Source: Auanema rhodensis (lineage: Eukaryota > Animalia > Nematoda). Taken from it: a stretch of 64,000 nt of DNA. The stretch spans positions 372,001-436,000 of the forward strand of contig OZ059895.1 in NCBI GenBank assembly GCA_964057225.1, in the 5' to 3' direction. This document shows, piece by piece, positions 39,757-52,391 of the stretch (its first letter is position 1; the number at the start of each line of letters is the position of its first letter). The notes below the pieces were generated by a model. That model did not search any database. It was not told the origin of the DNA and saw only the letters and a program-made list of their open reading frames with translations. A program made the position numbers and the translations under genes.

Positions 39757-42700
39757 AAACGATCATAACTAATTTTTGTATTAAGCGTTTCTCAATGTAG
39801 TATAGTGCATTCGATGCGGATTTTTAAGCTGCGTCGATCTGTGTTATCAGATTTGCGCTAGCTTAAAAATGCACCGAGATATCAACTGATATAAGTTCAC
39901 ACTTATATCCTCGATTTTCACCCTGAAGAATTAATTTTTTTGTTGAATAACATTGCCTATCGTCTTTGCCTTGAAAAATGGAATCTAAAAACATCTACTT
40001 TTTGCTAAATTATTTTGAAATTTTTCGAAAAAATTTTTGTCAAAATGTTTTTGGAAGCAATGTTGAGTGTACATGGAAACTCAACATACACTAATGCATC
40101 ATTTTTCAAACGATCATAACTAATTTTTGTATCAAGCGTTTTTCAATGTAGTATAGTGCATTCGATGCGGATTTTTAAGCTGCGTCGATCTGTGTTATCA
40201 GATTTGCGCTAGCTTAAAAATGCACCGAGATATCAACTGATATAAGTTCACACTTATATCCTCGATTTTCACCCTGAAGAATTAATTTTTTAGTTGAATA
40301 ACCTTGTCCATCGTCTTTGCCTTGAAAAATGGAATCTAAAAACATCTACTTTTTGCTAAATTATTTTGAAATTTTTCGAAAAAATTTTTGTCAAAATGTT
40401 TTTGGAAGCAATGTTGAGTGTACATGGAAACTCAACATACACTAATGCATCATTTTTCAAACGATCATAACTAATTTGTGTATTAAGCGTTTCTCAATGT
40501 AGTATAGTGCATTCGATTCGGATTTTTAAGCTGCGTCGATCTGTGTTATCAGATTTGCGCTAGCTTAAAAATGCACCGAGATATCAACTGATATAAGTTC
40601 ACACTTATATCCTCGATTTTCACCCTGAAGAACTAATTTTTTCGTTGAATAACATTGTCCATTGTCTTTGCCTTGAAAAAAGGAATCTAAAAACATCTAC
40701 TTTTTGCTAAATTATTCTGAAATTTTTCGAAAAAATTTTTGTCAAAATGTTTTTGGAAGCAATGTTGAGTGTACATGGAAACTCAACATACACTAATGCA
40801 TCATTTTTCAAACGATCATAACTAATTTTTGTATTAAGCGTTTCTCAATGTAGTATAGTGCATTCGATGCGGATTTTTAAGCTGCGTCGATCTGTGTTAT
40901 CAGATTTGCGCTAGCTTAAAAATGCACCGAGATATCAACTGATATAAGTTCACACTTATATCCTCGATTTTCACCCTGAAGAATTAATTTTTTTGTTGAA
41001 TAACATTGCCTATCGTCTTTGCCTTGGAAAATGGAATCTAAAAACATCTACTTTTTGCTAAATTATTTTGAAATTTTTTGAAAAAATTTTTGTCAAAATG
41101 TTTTTGGAAGCAATGTTGAGTGTACATGGAAACTCAACATACACTAATGCATCATTTTTCAAACGATCATAACTAATTTTTGTATTAAGCGTTTCTCAAT
41201 GTAGTATAGTGCATTCGATTCGGATTTTTAAGCTGCGTCGATCTGTGTTATCAGATTTGCGCTAGCTTAAAAATGCACCGAGATATCAACTGATATAAGT
41301 TCACACTTATATCCTCAATTTTCACCCTGAAGAATTAATTTTTTCGTTGAATAACATTGTCTATCGTCTTTGCCTTGAAAAATGGAATCTAAAAACATCT
41401 ACTTTTTGCTAAATTATTTTGAAAATTTTCGAAAAAATTTTTGTCAAAATGTTTTTGGAAGCAATGTTGAGTGTACATGGAAACTCAACATACACTAATG
41501 CATCATTTTTCAAACGATCATAACTAATTTTTGTATTAAGCGTTTCTCAATGTAGTATAGTGCATTCGATGCGGATTTTTAAGCTGCGTCGATCTGTGTT
41601 ATCAGATTTGCGCTAGCTTAAAAGTGCACCGAGATATCAACTGATATAAGTTCACACTTATATCCTCGATTTTCACCCTGAAGAATTATTTTTTTCGTTG
41701 AATAACATTGTCCATCGTCCTTGCCTTGAAAAATGGAATCTAAAAACATCTACTTTTTGCTAAATTATTTTGAAATTTTTCGAAAAAATTTTTGTCAAAA
41801 TGTTTTTGGAAGCAATGTTGAGTGTACATGGAAACTCAACATACACTAATGCATCATTTTTCAAACGATCATAACTAATTTTTGTATCAAGCGTTTCTCA
41901 ATGTAGTATAGTGCATTCGATGCGAATTTTTAAGCTGCGTCGATCTGTGTTATCAGATTTGCGCTAGCTTAAAAATGCACCGAGATATCAACTGATATAA
42001 GTTCACACTTATATCCTCGATTTTCACCCTGAAGAATTAATTTTTTCGTTGAATAACATTGTCCATCGTCTTTGCCTTGAAAAAAGGAATCTAAAAACAT
42101 CTACTTTTTGCTAAATTATTTTGAAATTTTTCGAAAAAATTTTTGTCAAAATGTTTTTGGAAGCAATGTTGAGTGTACATGGAAACTCAACATACACTAA
42201 TGCATCATTTTTCAAACGATCATAACTAATTTTTGTATCAAGCGTTTCTCAATGTAGTATAGTGCATTCGATGCGGATTTTTAAGCTGCGTCGATCTGTG
42301 TTATCAGATTTGCGCTAGCTTAAAAATGCACCGAGATATCAACTGATATAAGTTCACACTTATATCCTCGATTTTCACCCTGAAGAATTAATTTTTTCGT
42401 TGAATAACATTGTCCATCGTCTTTGCCTTGAAAAAAGGAATCTAAAAACATCTACTTTTTGCTAAATTATTTTGAAATTTTTCGAAAAAATTTTTGTCAA
42501 AATGTTTTTGGAAGCAATGTTGAGTGTACATGGAAACTCAACATACACTAATGCATCATTTTTCAAACGATCATAACTAATTTTTGTATCAAGCGTTTCT
42601 CAATGTAGTATAGTGCATTCGATGCGGATTTTTAAGCTGCGTCGATCTGTGTTATCAGATTTGCGCTAGCTTAAAAATGCACCGAGATATCAACTGATAT

Positions 42701-45700
42701 AAGTTCACACTTATATCCTCGATTTTCACCCTGAAGAATTAATTTTTTCGTTGAATAACATTGTCCATCGTCTTTGCCTTGAAAAAAGGAATCTAAAAAC
42801 ATCTACTTTTTGCTAAATTATTTTGAAATTTTTCGAAAAAATTTTTGTCAAAATGTTTTTGGAAGCAATGTTGAGTGTACATGGAAACTCAACATACACT
42901 AATGCATCATTTTTCAAACGATCATAACTAATTTTTGTATCAAGCGTTTCTCAATGTAGTATAGTGCATTCGATGCGAATTTTTAAGCTGCGTCGATCTG
43001 TGTTATCAGATTTGCGCTAGCTTAAAAATGCACCGAGATATCAACTGATATAAGTTCACACTTATATCCTCGATTTTCACCCTGAAGAATTAATTTTTTC
43101 GTTGAATAACATTGTCCATCGTCTTTGCCTTGAAAAAAGGAATCTAAAAACATCTACTTTTTGCTAAATTATTTTGAAATTTTTCGAAAAAATTTTTGTC
43201 AAAATGTTTTTGGAAGCAATGTTGAGTGTACATGGAAACTCAACATACACTAATGCATCATTTTTCAAACGATCATAACTAATTTTTGTATCAAGCGTTT
43301 CTCAATGTAGTATAGTGCATTCGATGCGGATTTTTAAGCTGCGTCGATCTGTGTTATCAGATTTGCGCTAGCTTAAAAATGCACCGAGATATCAACTGAT
43401 ATAAGTTCACACTTATATCCTCGATTTTCACCCTGAAGAATTAATTTTTTCGTTGAATAACATTGTCCATCGTCTTTGCCTTGAAAAAAGGAATCTAAAA
43501 ACATCTACTTTTTGCTAAATTATTTTGAAATTTTTCGAAAAAATTTTTGTCAAAATGTTTTTGGAAGCAATGTTGAGTGTACATGGAAACTCAACATACA
43601 CTAATGCATCATTTTTCAAACGATCATAACTAATTTTGTATCAAGCGTTTCTCAATGTAGTATAGTGCATTCGATGCGGATTTTTAAGCTGCGTCGATCT
43701 GTGTTATCAGATTTGCGCTAGCTTAAAAATGCACCGAGATATCAACTGATATAAGTTCACACTTATATCCTCGATTTTCACCCTGAAGAATTAATTTTTT
43801 CGTTGAATAACATTGTCCATCGTCTTTGCCTTGAAAAAAGGAATCTAAAAACATCTACTTTTTGCTAAATTATTTTGAAATTTTTCGAAAAAATTTTTGT
43901 CAAAATGTTTTTGGAAGCAATGTTGAGTGTACATGGAAACTCAACATACACTAATGCATCATTTTTCAAACGATCATAACTAATTTTTGTATCAAGCGTT
44001 TCTCAATGTAGTATAGTGCATTCGATGCGGATTTTTAAGCTGCGTCGATCTGTGTTATCAGATTTGCGCTAGCTTAAAAATGCACCGAGATATCAACTGA
44101 TATAAGTTCACACTTATATCCTCGATTTTCACCCTGAAGAATTAATTTTTTTGTTGAATAACATTGCCTATCGTCTTTGCCTTGAAAAATGGAATCTAAA
44201 AACATCTACTTTTTGCTAAATTATTTTGAAATTTTTCGAAAAAATTTTTGTCAAAATGTTTTTGGAAGCAATGTTGAGTGTATATGGAAACTCAACATAC
44301 ACTAATGCATCATTTTTCAAACGATCATAACTAATTTTTGTATTAAGCGTTTCTCAATGTAGTATAGTGCATTCGATGCGGATTTTTAAGCTGCGTCGAT
44401 CTGTGTTATCAGATTTGCGCTAGCTTAAAAATGCACCGAGATATCAACTGATATAAGTTCACACTTATATCCTCGATTTTCACCCTGAAGAATTAATTTT
44501 TTTGTTGAATAACATTGCCTATCGTCTTTGCCTTGAAAAATGGAATCTAAAAACATCTACTTTTTGCTAAATTATTTTGAAATTTTTTGAAAAAATTTTT
44601 GTCAAAATGTTTTTGGAAGCAATGTTGAGTGTACATGGAAACTCAACATACACTAATGCATCATTTTTCAAACAATCATAACTAATTTTTGTATCAAGCG
44701 TTTCTCAATGTAGTATAGTGCATTCGATGCAAATTGTTAAGCTGCGTCGATCTGTGTTATCAGATTTGCGCTAGCTTAAAAATGCACCGAGATATCAACT
44801 GATATAAGTTCACACTTATATCCTCAATTTTCACCCTGAAGAATTAATTTTTTCGTTGAATAACATTGTCTATCGTCTTTGCCTTGAAAAATGGAATCTA
44901 AAAACATCTACTTTTTGCTAAATTATTTTGAAAATTTTCGAAAAAATTTTTGTCAAAATGTTTTTGGAAGCAATGTTGAGTGTACATGGAAACTCAACAT
45001 ACACTAATGCATCATTTTTCAAACGATCATAACTAATTTTTGTATTAAGCGTTTCTCAATGTAGTATAGTGCATTCGATGCGGATTTTTAAGCTGCGTCG
45101 ATCTGTGTTATCAGATTTGCGCTAGCTTAAAAATGCACCGAGATATCAACTGATATAAGTTCACACTTATATCCTCGATTTTCACCCTGAAGAATTATTT
45201 TTTTCGTTGAATAACATTGTCCATCGTCTTTGCCTTGAAAAAAGGAATCTAAAAACATCTACTTTTTGCTAAATTATTTTGAAATTTTTCGAAAAAATTT
45301 TTGTCAAAATGTTTTTGGAAGCAATGTTGAGTGTACATGGAAACTCAACATACACTAATGCATCATTTTTCAAACGATCATAACTAATTTTTGTATTAAG
45401 CGTTTCTCAATGTAGTATAGTGCATTCGATGCGGATTTTTAAGCTGCGTCGATCTGTGTTATCAGATTTGCGCTAGCTTAAAAATGCACCGAGATATCAA
45501 CTGATATAAGTTCACACTTATATCCTCGATTTTCACCCTGAAGAATTATTTTTTTCGTTGAATAACATTGTCCATCGTCCTTGCCTTGAAAAATGGAATC
45601 TAAAAACATCTACTTTTTGCTAAATTATTTTGAAATTTTTCGAAAAAATTTTTGTCAAAATGTTTTTGGAAGCAATGTTGAGTGTACATGGAAACTCAAC

Positions 45701-46424
45701 ATACACTAATGCATCATTTTTCAAACGATCATAACTAATTTTTGTATCAAGCGTTTCTCAATGTAGTATAGTGCATTCGATGCGAATTTTTAAGCTGCGT
45801 CGATCTGTGTTATCAGATTTGCGCTAGCTTAAAAATGCACCGAGATATCAACTGATATAAGTTCACACTTATATCCTCGATTTTCACCCTGAAGAATTAA
45901 TTTTTTCGTTGAATAACATTGTCCATCGTCTTTGCCTTGAAAAAAGGAATCTAAAAACATCTACTTTTTGCTAAATTATTTTGAAATTTTTCGAAAAAAT
46001 TTTTGTCAAAATGTTTTTGGAAGCAATGTTGAGTGTACATGGAAACTCAACATACACTAATGCATCATTTTTCAAACGATCATAACTAATTTTTGTATCA
46101 AGCGTTTCTCAATGTAGTATAGTGCATTCGATGCGGATTTTTAAGCTGCGTCGATCTGTGTTATCAGATTTGCGCTAGCTTAAAAATGCACCGAGATATC
46201 AACTGATATAAGTTCACACTTATATCCTCGATTTTCACCCTGAAGAATTAATTTTTTCGTTGAATAACATTGTCCATCGTCTTTGCCTTGAAAAAAGGAA
46301 TCTAAAAACATCTACTTTTTGCTAAATTATTTTGAAATTTTTCGAAAAAATTTTTGTCAAAATGTTTTTGGAAGCAATGTTGAGTGTACATGGAAACTCA
46401 ACATACACTAATGCATCATTTTTC

Positions 46425-49400
46425 AAACGATCATAACTAATTTTTGTATTAAGCGTTTCTCAATGTAGTATAGTGCATTCGATGCGGATTTTTAAGCTGC
46501 GTCGATCTGTGTTATCAGATTTGCGCTAGCTTAAAAATGCACCGAGATATCAACTGATATAAGTTCACACTTATATCCTCGATTTTCACCCTGAAGAATT
46601 AATTTTTTTGTTGAATAACATTGCCTATCGTCTTTGCCTTGAAAAATGGAATCTAAAAACATCTACTTTTTGCTAAATTATTTTGAAATTTTTCGAAAAA
46701 ATTTTTGTCAAAATGTTTTTGGAAGCAATGTTGAGTGTACATGGAAACTCAACATACACTAATGCATCATTTTTCAAACGATCATAACTAATTTTTGTAT
46801 CAAGCGTTTTTCAATGTAGTATAGTGCATTCGATGCGGATTGTTAAGCTGCGTCGATCTGTGTTATCAGATTTGCGCTAGCTTAAAAATGCACCGAGATA
46901 TCAACTGATATAAGTTCACACTTATATCCTCGATTTTCACCCTGAAGAATTAATTTTTTAGTTGAATAACCTTGTCCATCGTCTTTGCCTTGAAAAATGG
47001 AATCTAAAAACATCTACTTTTTGCTAAATTATTTTGAAATTTTTCGAAAAAATTTTTGTCAAAATGTTTTTGGAAGCAATGTTGAGTGTACATGGAAACT
47101 CAACATACACTAATGCATCATTTTTCAAACGATCATAACTAATTTGTGTATTAAGCGTTTCTCAATGTAGTATAGTGCATTCGATTTGGATTTTTAAGCT
47201 GCGTCGATCTGTGTTATCAGATTTGCGCTAGCTTAAAAATGCACCGAGATATCAACTGATATAAGTTCACACTTATATCCTCGATTTTCACCCTGAAGAA
47301 TTAATTTTTTCGTTGAATAACATTGTCCATTGTCTTTGCCTTGAAAAAAGGAATCTAAAAACATCTACTTTTTGCTAAATTATTCTGAAATTTTTCGAAA
47401 AAATTTTTGTCAAAATGTTTTTGGAAGCAATGTTGAGTGTACATGGAAACTCAACATACACTAATGCATCATTTTTCAAACGATCATAACTAATTTTTGT
47501 ATTAAGCGTTTCTCAATGTAGTATAGTGCATTCGATGCGGATTTTTAAGCTGCGTCGATCTGTGTTATCAGATTTGCGCTAGCTTAAAAATGCACCGAGA
47601 TATCAACTGATATAAGTTCACACTTATATCCTCGATTTTCACCCTGAAGAATTAATTTTTTTGTTGAATAACATTGCCTATCGTCTTTGCCTTGAAAAAT
47701 GGAATCTAAAAACATCTACTTTTTGCTAAATTATTTTGAAATTTTTCGAAAAAATTTTTGTCAAAATGTTTTTGGAAGCAATGTTGAGTGTACATGGAAA
47801 CTCAACATACACTAATGCATCATTTTTCAAACAATCATAACTAATTTTTGTATCAAGCGTTTCTCAATGTAGTATAGTGCATTCGATGCAAATTGTTAAG
47901 TTGCGTCGATCTGTGTTATCAGATTTGCGCTAGCTTAAAAATGCACCGAGATATCAACTGATATAAGTTCACACTTATATCCTCAATTTTCACCCTGAAG
48001 AATTAATTTTTTCGTTGAATAACATTGTCTATCGTCTTTGCTTTGAAAAATGGAATCTAAAAACATCTACTTTTTGCTAAATTATTTTGAAAATTTTCGA
48101 AAAAATTTTTGTCAAAATGTTTTTGGAAGCAATGTTGAGTGTACATGGAAACTCAACATACACTAATGCATCATTTTTCAAACGATCATAACTAATTTTT
48201 GTATTAAGCGTTTCTTAATGTTGTATAGTGCATTCGATGCGGATTTTTAAGCTGCGTCGATCTGTGTTATCAGATTTGCGCTAGCTTAAAAATGCACCGA
48301 GATATCAACTGATATAAGTTCACACTTATATCCTCGATTTTCACCCTGAAGAATTATTTTTTTCGTTGAATATTATTGTCCATCGTCCTTGCCTTGAAAA
48401 ATGGAATCTAAAAACATCTACTTTTTGCTAAATTATTTTGAAAATTTTCGAAAAAATTTTTGTCAAAATGTTTTTGGAAGCAATGTTGAGTGTACATGGA
48501 AACTCAACATACACTAATGCATCATTTTTCAAACGATCATAACTAATTTTTGTATTAAGCGTTTCTCAATGTAGTATAGTGCATTCGATGCGGATTTTTA
48601 AGCTGCGTCGATCTGTGTTATCAGATTTGCGCTAGCTTAAAAATGCACCGAGATATCAACTGATATAAGTTCACACTTATATCCTCGATTTTCACCCTGA
48701 AGAATTAATTTTTTTGTTGAATAACATTGCCTATCGTCTTTGCCTTGAAAAATGGAATCTAAAAACATCTACTTTTTGCTAAATTATTTTGAAATTTTTC
48801 GAAAAAATTTTTGTCAAAATGTTTTTGGAAGCAATGTTGAGTGTACATGGAAACTCAACATACACTAATGCATCATTTTTCAAACGATCATAACTAATTT
48901 TTGTATCAAGCGTTTTTCAATGTAGTATAGTGCATTCGATGCGGATTGTTAAGCTGCGTCGATCTGTGTTATCAGATTTGCGCTAGCTTAAAAATGCACC
49001 GAGATATCAACTGATATAAGTTCACACTTATATCCTCGATTTTCACCCTGAAGAATTATTTTTTTCGTTGAATATTATTGTCCATCGTCCTTGCCTTGAA
49101 AAATGGAATCTAAAAACATCTACTTTTTGCTAAATTATTTTGAAAATTTTCGAAAAAATTTTTGTCAAAATGTTTTTGGAAGCAATGTTGAGTGTACATG
49201 GAAACTCAACATACACTAATGCATCATTTTTCAAACGATCATAACTAATTTTTGTATTAAGCGTTTCTCAATGTAGTATAGTGCATTCGATGCGGATTTT
49301 TAAGCTGCGTCGATCTGTGTTATCAGATTTGCGCTAGCTTAAAAATGCACCGAGATATCAACTGATATAAGTTCACACTTATATCCTCGATTTTCACCCT

Positions 49401-51338
49401 GAAGAATTAATTTTTTTGTTGAATAACATTGCCTATCGTCTTTGCCTTGAAAAATGGAATCTAAAAACATCTACTTTTTGCTAAATTATTTTGAAATTTT
49501 TCGAAAAAATTTTTGTCAAAATGTTTTTGGAAGCAATGTTGAGTGTACATGGAAACTCAACATACACTAATGCATCATTTTTCAAACGATCATAACTAAT
49601 TTTTGTATCAAGCGTTTTTCAATGTAGTATAGTGCATTCGATGCGGATTGTTAAGCTGCGTCGATCTGTGTTATCAGATTTGCGCTAGCTTAAAAATGCA
49701 CCGAGATATCAACTGATATAAGTTCACACTTATATCCTCGATTTTCACCCTGAAGAATTAATTTTTTAGTTGAATAACCTTGTCCATCGTCTTTGCCTTG
49801 AAAAATGGAATCTAAAAACATCTACTTTTTGCTAAATTATTTTGAAATTTTTCGAAAAAATTTTTGTCAAAATGTTTTTGGAAGCAATGTTGAGTGTACA
49901 TGGAAACTCAACATACACTAATGCATCATTTTTCAAACGATCATAACTAATTTGTGTATTAAGCGTTTCTCAATGTAGTATAGTGCATTCGATTCGGATT
50001 TTTAAGCTGCGTCGATCTGTGTTATCAGATTTGCGCTAGCTTAAAAATGCACCGAGATATCAACTGATATAAGTTCACACTTATATCCTCGATTTTCACC
50101 CTGAAGAATTAATTTTTTCGTTGAATAACATTGTCCATTGTCTTTGCCTTGAAAAAAGGAATCTAAAAACATCTACTTTTTGCTAAATTATTCTGAAATT
50201 TTTCGAAAAAATTTTTGTCAAAATGTTTTTGGAAGCAATGTTGAGTGTACATGGAAACTCAACATACACTAATGCATCATTTTTCAAACGATCATAACTA
50301 ATTTTTGTATTAAGCGTTTCTCAATGTAGTATAGTGCATTCGATGCGGATTTTTAAGCTGCGTCGATCTGTGTTATCAGATTTGCGCTAGCTTAAAAATG
50401 CACCGAGATATCAACTGATATAAGTTCACACTTATATCCTCGATTTTCACCCTGAAGAATTAATTTTTTTGTTGAATAACATTGCCTATCGTCTTTGCCT
50501 TGAAAAATGGAATCTAAAAACATCTACTTTTTGCTAAATTATTTTGAAATTTTTCGAAAAAATTTTTGTCAAAATGTTTTTGGAAGCAATGTTGAGTGTA
50601 CATGGAAACTCAACATACACTAATGCATCATTTTTCAAACAATCATAACTGATTTTTGTATCAAGCGTTTCTCAATGTAGTATAGTGCATTCGATGCAAA
50701 TTGTTAAGCTGCGTCGATCTGTGTTATCAGATTTGCGCTAGCTTAAAAATGCACCGAGATATCAACTGATATAAGTTCACACTTATATCCTCAATTTTCA
50801 CCCTGAAGAATTAATTTTTTCGTTGAATAACATTGTCTATCGTCTTTGCTTTGAAAAATGGAATCTAAAAACATCTACTTTTTGCTAAATTATTTTGAAA
50901 ATTTTCGAAAAAATTTTTGTCAAAATGTTTTTGGAAGCAATGTTGAGTGTACATGGAAACTCAACATACACTAATGCATCATTTTTCAAACGATCATAAC
51001 TAATTTTTGTATTAAGCGTTTCTTAATGTTGTATAGTGCATTCGATGCGGATTTTTAAGCTGCGTCGATCTGTGTTATCAGATTTGCGCTAGCTTAAAAA
51101 TGCACCGAGATATCAACTGATATAAGTTCACACTTATATCCTCGATTTTCACCCTGAAGAATTATTTTTTTCGTTGAATAACATTGTCCATCGTCCTTGC
51201 CTTGAAAAATGGAATCTAAAAACATCTACTTTTTGCTAAATTATTTTGAAATTTTTCGAAAAAATTTTTGTCAAAATGTTTTTGGAAGCAATGTTGAGTG
51301 TACATGGAAACTCAACATACACTAATGCATCATTTTTC
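46425..51338. repeat. 6-monomer HOR x2, separated by an internal 702-bp duplication (offset 2808 bp)
   Basis: AACAAT/GCAAATTG/GCTTTG at 47829 and 50637; TCTTAATGTTG at 48180 and 50988; TGTGTATT/GATT at 47127 and 49935; TAGTT/AACCTT at 46776 and 49584. Confidence 0.87.
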
Positions 51339-52391
51339 AAACGATCATAACTAATTTTTGTATCAAGCGTTTCTCAATGTAGTATAGTGCATTCGATGCG
51401 GATTTTTAAGCTGCGTCGATCTGTGTTATCAGATTTGCGCTAGCTTAAAAATGCACCGAGATATTAACTGATATAAGTTCACACTTATATCCTCGATTTT
51501 CACCCTGAAAAACTAATTTTTTTGTTGAATAACATTGTCCATCGTCCTTGCCTTGAAAAATGGAATCTAAAAACATCTACTTTTTGCTAAATTATTTTGA
51601 AATTTTTCGAAAAAATTTTTGTCAAAATGTTTTTGGAAGCAATGTTGAGTGTACATGGAAACTCAACATACACTAATGCATCATTTTTCAAACGATCATA
51701 ACTAATTTTTGTATCAAGCGTTTCTCAATGTAGTATAGTGCATTCGATGCGGATTTTTAAGCTGCGTCGATCTGTGTTATCAGATTTGCGCTAGCTTAAA
51801 ATGCACCGAGATATCAACTGATATAAGTTCACACTTATATCCTCGATTTTCACCCTGAAGAATTAATTTTTTCGTTGAATAACATTGTCCATCGTCTTTG
51901 CCTTGAAAAAAGGAATCTAAAAACATCTACTTTTTGCTAAATTATTTTGAAATTTTTCGAAAAAAATTTTTGTCAAAATGTTTTTGGAAGCAATGTTGAG
52001 TGTACATGGAAACTCAACATACACTAATGCATCATTTTTCAAACGATCATAACTAATTTTTGTATCAAGCGTTTCTCAATGTAGTATAGTGCATTCGATG
52101 CGGATTTTTAAGCTGCGTCGATCTGTGTTATCAGATTTGCGCTAGCTTAAAAATGCACCGAGATATCAACTGATATAAGTTCACACTTATATCCTCGATT
52201 TTCACCCTGAAGAATTAATTTTTTCGTTGAATAACATTGTCCATCGTCTTTGCCTTGAAAAAAGGAATCTAAAAACATCTACTTTTTGCTAAATTATTTT
52301 GAAGTTTTTCGAAAAAATTTTTGTCAAAATGTTTTTGGAAGCAATGTTGAGTGTACATGGAAACTCAACATACACTAATGCATCATTTTTC

